Source: Thermodesulfobacteriota bacterium
GTDB taxonomy: Bacteria > Desulfobacterota > Desulfarculia > JACQYL01
Reading direction: 5' to 3'
DNA: 64,000 nt
Assembly (NCBI GenBank): GCA_963675595.2
Contig: CAXXLZ010000002.1
Coordinates: forward strand, 4,096,001-4,160,000
The stretch's first letter is position 1. Each line of letters opens with the position of its first letter. The notes beneath the pieces were generated by a model that saw only the letters and a list, made by a program, of their open reading frames with translations, was not told where the DNA came from and did no database searches. This document shows, one piece after another, positions 19,320 to 29,708 of the stretch. Made by a program: the position numbers and the translations under genes.

Positions 19320-20930
19320 TTACTCATTCGGAAACGCGAGGGACACTTGAGCGGTGATCGCCCCCAATCCGGGAATGCTCGCGATCAGCAGGCCGTGGAT
19401 CGAGTCGGACAACTGAAGCGTAAGGCTTCCCCCTTTTCCAAGTACGTCGTTCTCCGCCGACACACCGTCGGAGTAATCTCCGTCCAAGAAAGCCGCATAG
19501 AGGCCGGCGGTGAGGACGACAACGGCACATGACCCGGCGGCGTATTTCTGGACATACAGGTTCACGGAGCCGTCCGGGGACTTCCAGATGCCGTCGTCGG
19601 GGACGCCCGAAGGGACCGGGCCCGGCGAGCCCTCGGGTTCAACCACGAGCAGATGGGATCCGGAAACCGCCGGAACGGTCAGGAGTCCGTCCGCATCCGC
19701 GGTAATGAGCGCACCCGTCCCCTGAGAATCGTCCAGCCAATAACGATAGGAACCTCCCGGTGTCACAAGGAAGTGCTGAAGCCGTCGAAGAGTCACATCC
19801 GCGGTTCCGGTCCCTTCGATGCGAACTTCGTAATGGTCGGTCTGGTCCAAAATGGACGAAGGGTCCCAACCAAAGGAATACAAGTCGTTGATTCCGCCGC
19901 AGGTGTATTCGGTGCAGCTTCCCCAAGGGTCCACAGTTGCGTTGTTTGCGATGCCGTAACCACTGCGGTTTGTAAACGCCAAGAAGCTTTGATTGCGCCG
20001 AAAGTTCCACATCCAGTTCATTTGTACAAACGCAGCGTCCGAGTGTTCTCCGTTATGCCTGAAATAGAAAAAACCTCTCCTTTGGGCGTCGAGCACGGGA
20101 CGCATCAAGTCGCCACCCGATGCGAGAGGCACGGTGGTGTCTCCCGTTCCCGCCGTAATGTTGATGAAGGGCGTCTCCCATGAGGCATCCCTGTAATTCT
20201 GAAGCCACCAGCTCAAGTTCGAATAATCCCTTGCAGGATAGGCCGCGCGGTCTTCTCCGGTGATGATCACGTTGTCCGAAGAGGAACCGACGATGTCGTT
20301 TTCGAACTGCTCCTGGAGCGGACCGACCGGAGGCGTGAATCGAGCGAAGCCCGAGTGAGCGTGGATGGCCGCGAAGACCTCGGGGTGCCTCACCCCGAGC
20401 TGCCATGCCCCGGTGCCGCCGATGCTGTGACCGAACAGGTACACTCGGTCGGGATCGATGGTGACTCCCGGAAGCTCATCGGAGATCAGCGACGACCGAA
20501 CGACCTCGTCCACGATATCCATTACCGCCTCATGGGCCCACATATGGCATTCCCCGTCCCATCGGGTACCGAACCACCAGTCGTCCTCATTGCCCGTGGA
20601 AGGTTTGTACTGGAAATAAAGCATAACAAAGTCGTACGCCTCGGGAACGTAGGAGGCCATCTCTTCCTGGCGAGCGAAGCTGCCACCCCACTCGTGGACC
20701 TGCACCAGAAGGGGCATGTTCGATGCGGCGGCGCCGTATAGGGAGAGTCGAAAGGACAACGTCTCGGTTTGACCCTTGTGCCCGACGATACTGCGATCGA
20801 TTTCGCTCGTATGCGTGGGCGATCGCATGGAGTAGGTGTACCTGTTGAAAATGCTTTGAGCATGCCCCGACGAGGAGCACAGAAGAAAGAAAGTGAGCGC
20901 GAAAAACACACGTGCCGTCAAGTTTGTCAT
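19320..20930 (-). CDS. Secreted alpha/beta-hydrolase (esterase/peptidase-like) with shared C-terminal domain
   Basis: Signal peptide, IDPDRVYLFGHSIGGTG nucleophile elbow, GTGDTTVP (Asp) and HNGEH (His). Confidence 0.8.
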   Translation of the reverse strand: MTNLTARVFFALTFFLLCSSSGHAQSIFNRYTYSMRSPTHTSEIDRSIVGHKGQTETLSFRLSLYGAAASNMPLLVQVHEWGGSFARQEEMASYVPEAYDFVMLYFQYKPSTGNEDDWWFGTRWDGECHMWAHEAVMDIVDEVVRSSLISDELPGVTIDPDRVYLFGHSIGGTGAWQLGVRHPEVFAAIHAHSGFARFTPPVGPLQEQFENDIVGSSSDNVIITGEDRAAYPARDYSNLSWWLQNYRDASWETPFINITAGTGDTTVPLASGGDLMRPVLDAQRRGFFYFRHNGEHSDAAFVQMNWMWNFRRNQSFLAFTNRSGYGIANNATVDPWGSCTEYTCGGINDLYSFGWDPSSILDQTDHYEVRIEGTGTADVTLRRLQHFLVTPGGSYRYWLDDSQGTGALITADADGLLTVPAVSGSHLLVVEPEGSPGPVPSGVPDDGIWKSPDGSVNLYVQKYAAGSCAVVVLTAGLYAAFLDGDYSDGVSAENDVLGKGGSLTLQLSDSIHGLLIASIPGLGAITAQVSLAFPNE

Positions 20931-22169
20931 GGCGTCCTCCGCATTTCGTGCCGAGATTCTCGGGAGAGCCGCGATCCCCAGTTCCAGATGATTCATGAAT
21001 CCGGTTCAACCGGTTGCGGCGGCTTCTTTTTCCATGAACCGTCGGGTACCGGCAAGAAAAAGTGAACGACGGGCAACGGTCGCCTTCGGCCCGGAAACCG
21101 TATCGGATGGTGAGGACGAGCCGGCGAAAGAAGGGGAGAAATCGTGTAGGCATCAACGGCCGGCCCGAAGCCCGAAGTCCCCGAAGCTCTCCGAGTATAT
21201 TCATCCACGGGGGAATTCGTCGATTGTAGAAGCAGGCCATAGTGCCCGCTGAAAAGAAGGTCGAAGACACCCCTTTGTATTATGCGGCCGTTTTGTGAAC
21301 GCGCCCGAAATCGTTTCCCTCTACCAAATTACCTCGCGGGTCAATTCATCGTCAAATCATCCATCTTGATGCCGGGTGACGAACGAAGGAACGAAACGTC
21401 AAGCTTGAAGAGGAATCCGCAAATCCCATGGAATTGCCGGTGCGCCTCCTTGCACTCTTTCCTTTACACGACGGACGGTGAGGCAAGGGCGGCGCCGGAG
21501 GAAGCGGATTTCGGTCGGTTTCCCTCAAGGGGGTCTGATGTTCTCATTCCATCACGAGACGCAATTTCAAAGGATTCCCGGCGGTTCGGCAGGTTCGAAG
21601 TGAATCGAACTCCGATTGAAAGGATCGATAAGAGCGGGGGATTGTCCTCGTAAGACAAGGGACGGCATGTTGAGGGTTCTTCCTGATCGGACAAAGCAGA
21701 CATGGGTTTCCCCCATTTTGTGAGCGGGGTATCTTCCCAGTTACAGGAATTACTCCTGCTTCAAAAATAAGTGTTCTTCCGGATGTTGCCTCGCATGAAC
21801 CCGTGGTAGATAGATCACCCAGGAGGATAGGCCATCGTCGAAAAGATGTTGGTAAGGCAATACCTTATCATTATATCATGTGTGAGTGTCTTATTCGGAT
21901 AAATCCGAATAGATTAGAAATATATAATATCTAATCAATATAGAATGGTACATAACGGCAAAATAAATTTGTTTATGCATAATTAGTTATTAATTAACAT
22001 ATATTATATGTGATACATGTCATCTTATATTAAGAAATCAATGATGTTGGGATTAAAATATACTATTATAAGTTACACTTATAAAGTGTTTATTGCTGAT
22101 TAATAAATAGAATGCGTATCAGTTATGATAGGTGAATTGCAATACCGTATACGTTGAAATTCACCGGGT

Positions 22170-22178
22170 TGGTATAAT
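22170..22178 (+). promoter_or_regulatory. Extended -10 promoter (TGgTATAAT)
   Basis: Perfect TGnTATAAT at the end of an AT-rich tract, about 400 nt upstream of the AmiS/UreI gene. Confidence 0.55.
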
Positions 22179-22581
22179 GACGTCCCATGAAAGCCATCCT
22201 TGTGATGCCTTTCATGGGAATTGAACATGATAAGCAGGATGACGCTTAACCGGAATTATAGAACGCCGAGGATCGCCGACCGGCCTTATCTATGTAGGTT
22301 GCAGTTCGGGAAAACGGCCATGCGTTCCCCGAAGGAATGATCCGGTTCTCCCTCCACAGCCAAACCGGCAACGATGAGTTGCCTTGGTCGCTAAGAGCGT
22401 CGAACGAGCCCGACGGCACATTGGGTAACGGCACAACGGACCCGGCGAAAGCCCGACGCAGCAGCACCCCTCAAATCTACGGAAAAGCCCGACAGGCGGG
22501 TACCGTCCAAGTTGGAACCGTGTTCCTTGTTTCGGCGTTCAACTCGGGTTTCTGTTTCAAACAACACAGAGGAGGGAAGAG

Positions 22582-23067
22582 ATGGGTGGAATCGCGTTCT
22601 TTTTTGTCGGGGCCGTACTTTTTGTGACTGCTTTGATGATGATGGGGAAAGCCGAGCCGAAGAGTGTCGGCATCTTTCATGGGCTTGTCGGGATTCTGAT
22701 GCTGGCCATGGTAATCAAGCTGTTCTTTGTTCCGCCTTATGATTATTTTACCGCCACTATTTTACTGCTGTTCATATTTACCTATATTCCCGTATGTGCG
22801 TCCTTCACATTCGGTCTGGACAGTAAAGCATTGGGCTGGTATTGTCTTGTTGTCGCATTAGCTACTATTCCGGTAGGCATGCATATATTCGGCGTCGCCT
22901 CCAAGACTAGTATCCTGCTTTGGATCTACGGCGGTTTGTGGTTTTGTTTTTTTCTCCTTATGGGATTGGGCAGAACGGGTCTGGCCAAGTTCGTCAGCTA
23001 CTATACGTTGGTGGTATCGGTATTGGCACTGGTTCCCGGTTATCTCATGATCATAGAGAAATGGTAG
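22582..23067 (+). CDS. AmiS/UreI-family urea/amide channel
   Basis: About six TM segments. Motifs FFVGAVLFV..LMMMGK..PK, LLFIFTY, LGWYCLVVA and W...GGLWF. RBS ggaggg. Confidence 0.85.
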   Translation: MGGIAFFFVGAVLFVTALMMMGKAEPKSVGIFHGLVGILMLAMVIKLFFVPPYDYFTATILLLFIFTYIPVCASFTFGLDSKALGWYCLVVALATIPVGMHIFGVASKTSILLWIYGGLWFCFFLLMGLGRTGLAKFVSYYTLVVSVLALVPGYLMIIEKW

Positions 23068-24257
23068 CGGGCTCCGCAAACATATTTGGCGGCATCGCTT
23101 CTTTTGACTCGTCACTGGGGCGTGTTTCCCGTACGATTTTTCCCGAGATTTGCACGCCGCATATCGTCGTCTTTCGCTGGCCTTTGGAAGCCGGACATTC
23201 TTGACGGGCCGGTACGCATCACATCCCACAGTGGAAAGGATGATTTGTAGGAATCCCGACGGAGTGTTCCGGGATACGTTGGCCCCAACGTAAGGCGGTA
23301 CTCCCCCTTACCTTAGCCCCTGTGGAAAGAGGCGGTCTCTTTCTACAGGGGCTCTTTTTTTGCCAAATGTGTGTGGTCCGCCGGACACCGATCGGAGGAG
23401 AGCATGGGATACCCGTTGACCACGGAAAGGCGGCCATAACGCCTTCTTTGGGCGGTCCCGCAAGCGGCGGGATATTGGGGAGCCGAAATCGCTTCGGACA
23501 CGGGCATGAAGCAAGTGGACCTCGGCAAAGAGACATGCCGAACGACCTTGGATGTCGGTGGACGCCTGCATATCGACCGGTTTGGCCCGACTCTATCGGA
23601 TGCAGGCCCATCATATCCGCTGATGCTTACGCAATTCTTTGAGAGGATGAAAGTCACGGGCTTTTCTTATAGCGAATCGCGAAAGTATTACAAAGTGATT
23701 GTCGATGGTTTTTGGCCCTTCCTTGTTTACGTCTCATCTTGTTTTCTCGGCTTCATCAATTTCTTCTCTCACCGATGCAGGGCGGTGCCTTAATAGCCCG
23801 ATTCACCTTGCGTGCGGACCGTTGGAAGGGAAATCAAAAAGAAGGTTATGTCGGAAATGATGTAATGAAAAATTAATTATCTTCAGCTTACGTTTGATTT
23901 GCCGATGACATCTTTGCCGAAAAGACTTTGAAACCGGGTTTGTTTGTGGCATATTTTTTCGAAGAGGCATTCTCTGTATGTTTTGTTGGCCAAAACAACA
24001 TATTAGAGGATGTCTCCGTTTTTATGCCATTTATGAAGACGGTTTCGGTGGAAACACGATCAGACGACCTGAGCCGGATTTGACCTTTCGGATCACCCGG
24101 CCGGCGGCATTGAGTGGATCCTATGGCGTCGCCCCATAGTGCGCATTCAGGGGGTATCCGAGGGAACCCTTTTCGAAAAAAGGGTTCCCTCGGGCTCCTT
24201 CCGATTCAGAAAATGGGGGGATCGTTGGAGTTACGCGAGGAGACCTATTTCCGCCTC

Positions 24258-24349
24258 AGCCTCTCCGCCGAAGGCGGTGAGGCCTGTTTGAAGACCTTTG
24301 GATGGGGGTACGGGGGAAGACTTTCTCGAAAGTCTTCCCCCGTGAATGC
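24258..24349. repeat. REP-like family B copy
   Basis: agcctctccgccgaaggcggtgaggcctg...gggggaagactttctcgaaagtcttcccccg. Related copies near 24150, 40040-40119, 46377-46452, 51911-51993, 53433-53467 and 54195-54288. Confidence 0.8.
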
Positions 24350-24436
24350 TTGTGCCCCATAAGCACGGCGGCATGCTCCAAGAAAGTCCCCGCCCGCGGT
24401 TGGCCTATTTTTCTCCTATAAGCGAACGGAGCGTGT

Positions 24437-27400
24437 ATGAGCATTTCGCGGCGAAACTTCATGAAGATCGCGGCCGGTTCGTTGGCGGGTGCCGCCATCA
24501 TCGGCCTTGATGTGGATCTGAAACCGATTCGATCCTACGCTAAATTCACAAAGATTCGTTTCGCCAAAGAGACCACCAGCGTCTGCTGTTACTGCGCCGT
24601 GGGCTGCGGGCTCATTGTGCACACGGACCGCACGGGGGCCGGCAGGGTTGTGAACATCGAGGGCGACCCCGATCATCCCATTAATGAGGGCGCCTTGTGT
24701 TCGAAAGGCGCGGCATTAACCCAGCTCGTCAATAACCGGGATCGTCTCACCAAACCCCTGTACCGTGCTCCCTACGGCAGCGAATGGGAGGAAATTTCCT
24801 GGAACAGGGCGCTTTCCATGATTGCGGAGCGAGTCAAGAGGAGTAGGGACGCCGGTTTCGTCCACAAGAACGAAAAGGGGCAAGTGGTGAACCGGACCGA
24901 GGGCATCGCGCATGTGGGGAGCGCCGCCCTGGACAATGAAGAGTGCTGGGCTCTCCAGGGCATGATGCGGGCTTTAGGGCTCGTATATATTGAGCATCAG
25001 GCCCGGATTTGACACAGCGCTACTGTTGCGGCTCTGGCAGAGTCGTTCGGACGCGGCGCCATGACCAATCACTGGATCGACATCAGGAACAGTGACTGCA
25101 TTCTCGTCATGGGCTCCAACCCGGCTGAGAATCACCCCTTATCGTTCAAATGGGTGAACGAAGCCAAGCGTCGTGGGGCCAAGCTGATCAGCGTGGACCC
25201 ACGATTTACGCGCACCTCTTCCCTGGCGGATTTCTACGCTTCCCTGAGATCCGGAACGGACATTGCTCTTCTGGGAGGCATGATCAAGTACATCCTCGAA
25301 AATGAGAGGTACTCGAAGGAGTATGTGGCGGAATACACCAACGCGAGCTTCATTCTTACCGAGAAGTATGATTTCAAAGACGGCTTGTTCGCCGGGTACG
25401 ATCCCGAAACCCGGAAATATGATAAAAACGCTTGGGCTTTCGTCAGGGACGACGAAGGAAGACCCGAACAGGACAAGACCCTGAAACACCCCCGATGTGT
25501 GTTTCAACAACTGAAGAGGCACTTCAACCGGTATGATGCGGACAAAGTATCCGCCACCACGGGTACTCCAAGGGACGACCTGCTCAAGGTGTATGAGATG
25601 TACTCGGCCACGGGGAAGAGAGGCAAGGCCGGCACTATTTTATATGCCATGGGATGGACACAGCATACGGTGGGAGTTCAGAATATCCGGGCCATGGCCA
25701 TTATCCAGCTTCTTCTGGGAAACATGGGTGTGGCCGGCGGAGGCGTCAACGCCCTTCGAGGGGAGTCCAACGTGCAGGGCTCTACGGACCATTGCCTTCT
25801 GTTTCATATTCTGCCCGGTTATCTGAAGACGCCCACAGCATCGCAGGATTCACTGGAAATGTATAACTCCGAATGCACGCCCGCCTCCGGCGATCCTATG
25901 AGTGCCAACTGGTGGAGTAACTACCCCAAGTACTCGGTGAGCCTGCTTAAATCCTTTTTCGGAGGGTCCGCCACGTCGGAAAACGGGTTCGGGTACGAGT
26001 GGCTGCCCAAACTGGACGACGGAAAGTCCTACTCGTGGCTGGATATTTTCGACGCCATGTACAGGGGGGAATTCACCGGGTTCTTCGCTTGGGGACAGAA
26101 TCCCGCGTGCTCGGGCGCCAACGCCAACAAGGTCCGGGAGGGGTTCGCCAAACTGGACTGGCTGGTGAATGTGAATATTTTCGACAACGAAACCGGGTCC
26201 TTCTGGCAAGGTCCGGGTATGAATCCAAAGAAGATCAGGACCGAAGTCTTCATGCTTCCATGCGCCGTATCCGTAGAAAAGGAAGGTTCCATTACCAACA
26301 GCGGACGGTGGATGCAGTGGCGGTACAAAGCGACGGATCCGCCGGTGGACGCCCGATCCGACGGTGACATCATGATGGATCTGTTCGACAGGATTCGGTG
26401 GTTGTATCGAATGGAAGTCGCCCGAGACCTACCGAGCGTCGCACCGGAAGCCATCCTCAATTTCAAATGGGATTATATCGTCGACGGTGCGTTCGATGCA
26501 CACAAGGCGGCCAAAGAAATTAACGGGTTCTTTCTTGAAGATAAGACGGTGAGGGGCAAGAGCTTCAAAAAAGGCGATCCGGTACCCAGCTTCGGTTACC
26601 TGCAGGACGACGGTTCAACCAGTTGCGGTAACTGGCTCTACTGCGGTTCGTACAATGGCGAGGGCAACAAGGCGGCCCGGCGCAAGAGGGAAACCTCGGG
26701 TATCGGCCTTAATCCCGAATGGTCCTGGTGCTGGCCGATGAACCGAAGAATCCTCTACAATCGCGCCTCCGTGGACCTTTCCGGCAGACCTTGGGATCCC
26801 GAGCATCCGGTGATTGAGTGGGATCAGGGTCTTGAGCAAGGACAAGGCGCATGGAAGGGAGACGTTCCCGACGGCGGGTGGCCGCCTTTGCGTAACGCGG
26901 ACGGTACGCTCAATCCCAACGGCAGGTACCCGTTTATCATGAAGCGGGAAGGGCTTGCCCACATATTCGGGCCCGGAAGAGCCGACGGCCCGTTCCCGGA
27001 GCACTATGAACCCCTCGAGTGCCCTGTGAGCGAAAACCCGTTTTCTTCACAGCTCCTTAATCCGGTAAACCACCTGTTCGAATCGGACATGGATATGTTC
27101 AAGTCGTGTGATCCGCGATACCCTTTGGTGGCTACCACATACCGCGTTACGGAGCATTGGCAGACCGGCGTCATGACCCGGTGGCAGGATTGGCTCCTCG
27201 AGATGCAGCCTCAGATGTTCGTGGAGATGAGCCGGGAGCTTGCTCGGCTGCTGGAAATCAAAGAGGGAGAAGACGTCCTGGTGGAATCGGCCAGAGGACA
27301 AGTCCGGGCCAAGGCCGTGGTCACGCTTCGATTTCGTCCTTTCAACATCCAGGGCAGGACCATCCATCAGGTGGGAATGCCGTGGCATTTCGGATGGGTG

Positions 27401-27511
27401 CACCCGAAGAACGGCGGAGATTCGGCCAACCTGCTTACGCCGTCGGTGGGCGATCCCAATACACGCATACCCGAAACCAAAGCGTTCATGGTCAATATCC
27501 GGAAACCGTGA
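24437..27511 (+). CDS. fdhA: Formate dehydrogenase alpha subunit, selenocysteine-containing (Mo/W)
   Basis: Tat signal SRRNFMK and CCYCAVGCG...C cluster. In-frame TGA at 25010-25012 in EHQARI-U-HSATVAALAESFGRGAMTNHW joins ORFs 24437..25012 and 25061..27511. Confidence 0.95.
25013..25050 (+). promoter_or_regulatory. Putative bacterial SECIS element
   Basis: Lies immediately 3' of the in-frame TGA at the Mo/W-ligand position of FdhA. Exact fold not computed. Confidence 0.6.
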
Positions 27512-27523
27512 GGGAGTGAGCCG

Positions 27524-28273
27524 ATGAGCAAAGCGTTTTTCATAGATACCACACTGTGCATCGGTTGCCGCGCCTGCCAGGTCGCCTGCAAACAATGGAA
27601 CCAGTTGCCCGGGCTGAAGACCGCCAACTATGGTGTTTATCAGAATCCGCCGGATCTGACCTTCGAGACGTATAAGGTGGTACGGTTCAACGAAGAGTCG
27701 GGGCCGGACGGGAAACCCCGTTGGTTCTATTTTCCGGATCAGTGCCGCCACTGTATCGAGCCGGGATGTCTTCTGGAAAGTTATGCCGTTCCCAACAGCA
27801 TTTTCATTGACAGCCTCACCGGAGCGGTCCTGTTTACGGACAAGTTGAGAGGGGTTTCCTTCGATGATGTGAGGGGCGGCTGCCCTTACGACATCCCGCG
27901 GAAAGAAAAGGAAACCGGGTATATGTCCAAGTGCACCATGTGCGCGGAACGGGTGTACAATGGTCTGCTTCCGGCCTGCGTAAAAACGTGTCCCTCGGGA
28001 GCCATGGCTTTCGGTGATATGGATCAGATGGTCGCCAAGGCTCTCGATCGACTGAAGAAGGTGAGGACCGTCCATCCGAAAGCGCAGGTTTTGGACTTGA
28101 ACGATGTTCGCGTGTTTTACTTGGTAGCGGACGAACCCAAAAAGTACCATGTGTTCGCCGATGCACGTCCGACGACCGGCTTCATGGACCGCAAGACGGC
28201 CATGAGGAAGATCGGACGCTCCTTGAAGGAACTTGCCCTGCAAAGGCGATACATGCACGGTATGGATGTTTAG
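27524..28273 (+). CDS. fdhB: Formate dehydrogenase beta (Fe-S) subunit
   Basis: CIGCRACQVAC, CRHCIEPGC, CPY and KCTMC...PACVKTCP. Confidence 0.93.
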   Translation: MSKAFFIDTTLCIGCRACQVACKQWNQLPGLKTANYGVYQNPPDLTFETYKVVRFNEESGPDGKPRWFYFPDQCRHCIEPGCLLESYAVPNSIFIDSLTGAVLFTDKLRGVSFDDVRGGCPYDIPRKEKETGYMSKCTMCAERVYNGLLPACVKTCPSGAMAFGDMDQMVAKALDRLKKVRTVHPKAQVLDLNDVRVFYLVADEPKKYHVFADARPTTGFMDRKTAMRKIGRSLKELALQRRYMHGMDV

Positions 28274-28337
28274 ACATAATGGCTGCTGAAGAACGATGAG
28301 ATGCAAGGCGCGCGGATCGCGTTCTTCAACAGCCTGA
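28271..28337 (+). mobile_element. Scar: IS1111 left end fused to a deleted REP-A copy
   Basis: tagacataatggctgc is identical to the IS end (minus strand 11921-11906) and is followed by REP-A sequence. Confidence 0.7.
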
Positions 28338-28355
28338 GGCTTGCCGGAACACGCC

Positions 28356-29180
28356 ATGACCCTCGACCTGATACCTCACATCGATAGAATGATTTGCCGG
28401 CGTCCGGCGATGAAAGGAATTCTCGAAGCCTACCGTGAGCTGGTGCATATTATGAACGAGGTCGGGCCCGCGTCGGTCCGGATTGAAACGCGCTCCAACA
28501 GCGCCAACGAGAAGGAAAACGGATCGCCTTTGTTCAGCAGAAAGGATTTGCCCGTCGATCCGGACCATGCGTCGGAAACGTTGTCCCGTTTCTTCGAGAG
28601 GTTGTCCCGTTCGGAAAGGCGGGACAAACATGCTCTGAGAGCCGCCTGGCAGGCATCCAGGCAATCCCCGGGATGGTCCAAGATGATCCTACGGGCCGCC
28701 CTCGCGGGAGACGAAACCGCCCTCGGCCGAGCGGCGGAACAGGTGGGACTGGAGCCCAAGACCCTCGAGTTTCTTGGGCTAAGCGCGTTGGGCCCGTCCC
28801 TGACCGCCCTCCGCGAGGAATTTCATCGGAGAGTGAATACACGAGCATGGTCTCGAGGATACTGCCCTTTGTGCGGGTCGCAGCCGGACATGGCCCATCT
28901 GGACAAATTCGGCAAGCGTCGGCTGTATTGCGGACTCTGCGGAACGGAGTGGTCGTATCCACGCATGAAATGCCCTTTCTGCAGCAATACGGAATCTAAA
29001 ACATTAGGGTACTTTGTGGATGAGGAGTCGGGGGCGTTGCGGGTGGACTTCTGCGACAAGTGCACACGGTATATCAAGACAGTGGATGCCCGACTCCTTG
29101 AGGAGCTCACCCCCATGGAAGTGGAGCGATTGGGCGGCATCCATTTGGATTTCGTGGCCTACGAACACGGCTACACGTAA
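28356..29180 (+). CDS. fdhE: Formate dehydrogenase accessory protein
   Basis: CPLCGSQP, CGLCGTEW, CPFCSN and CDKCTRYIK. Follows fdhB. Confidence 0.92.
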   Translation: MTLDLIPHIDRMICRRPAMKGILEAYRELVHIMNEVGPASVRIETRSNSANEKENGSPLFSRKDLPVDPDHASETLSRFFERLSRSERRDKHALRAAWQASRQSPGWSKMILRAALAGDETALGRAAEQVGLEPKTLEFLGLSALGPSLTALREEFHRRVNTRAWSRGYCPLCGSQPDMAHLDKFGKRRLYCGLCGTEWSYPRMKCPFCSNTESKTLGYFVDEESGALRVDFCDKCTRYIKTVDARLLEELTPMEVERLGGIHLDFVAYEHGYT

Positions 29181-29517
29181 TAATACGGAGGCCGCGTGCG
29201 CACTTATTCGCCTATCCGCTTCTCTTTGTTCACCTCGGCTTTCGAGCCCGCAGCCTCACCCAAGAACCCGACTCAAAGGTTTCCGGATACTCTGCTCAAG
29301 CTCTCCAACACCCCGGACGGGCATCCTCATCGGGTCCCACGCAATGATCCTTCAGGCTATAGGGATCATCCTGATTTTAAGGAAGTTGTTCATATTAATA
29401 TTTAAATTCAATAAGTTATGTTGTCTTGATAGATATTTCGATTCCAGTGGAATATAAGGGTGTCGGAGATTCCGTGGACATACGTAAACGGCGAGCCGGA
29501 GAGCGGACGCCCATCGG

Positions 29518-29638
29518 ACTGCTGAGAGACGTCGTCTGCGACGTTGCGCTTTCCCCCCTCGTACTGCGCGCCGTACTCCATGCACTTTTCCCCTCTCGGG
29601 ATTCGTGCGCCCCGCGTGTCATCGTTTTTCACCGATCC
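29518..29638. repeat. REP/MITE family A, diverged copy
   Basis: gtctgcgacgttgcgctttc...cgtactccatg...tcatcgttttt. Confidence 0.65.
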
Positions 29639-29708
29639 GTGTCTATCGCCCTTTTTTGATGGGCCGCCGGCCTGGAAATTAGGGCGCGGTATGGAGGACC
29701 GTAGAGAA

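Noticed and set aside
22430-22500. Guanidine-I (ykkC), GEMM-I or ANTAR assignment for the amiS leader
   Set aside because: Only short fragments match (AAAAGCCCG; CCCGGCGAAAGCC). The core consensus elements are absent.
23100-24100. Short ORFs and possible Mo/W regulatory sites upstream of fdhA
   Set aside because: The ORFs lack protein-like features, and no Moco riboswitch or clear operator was recognisable.
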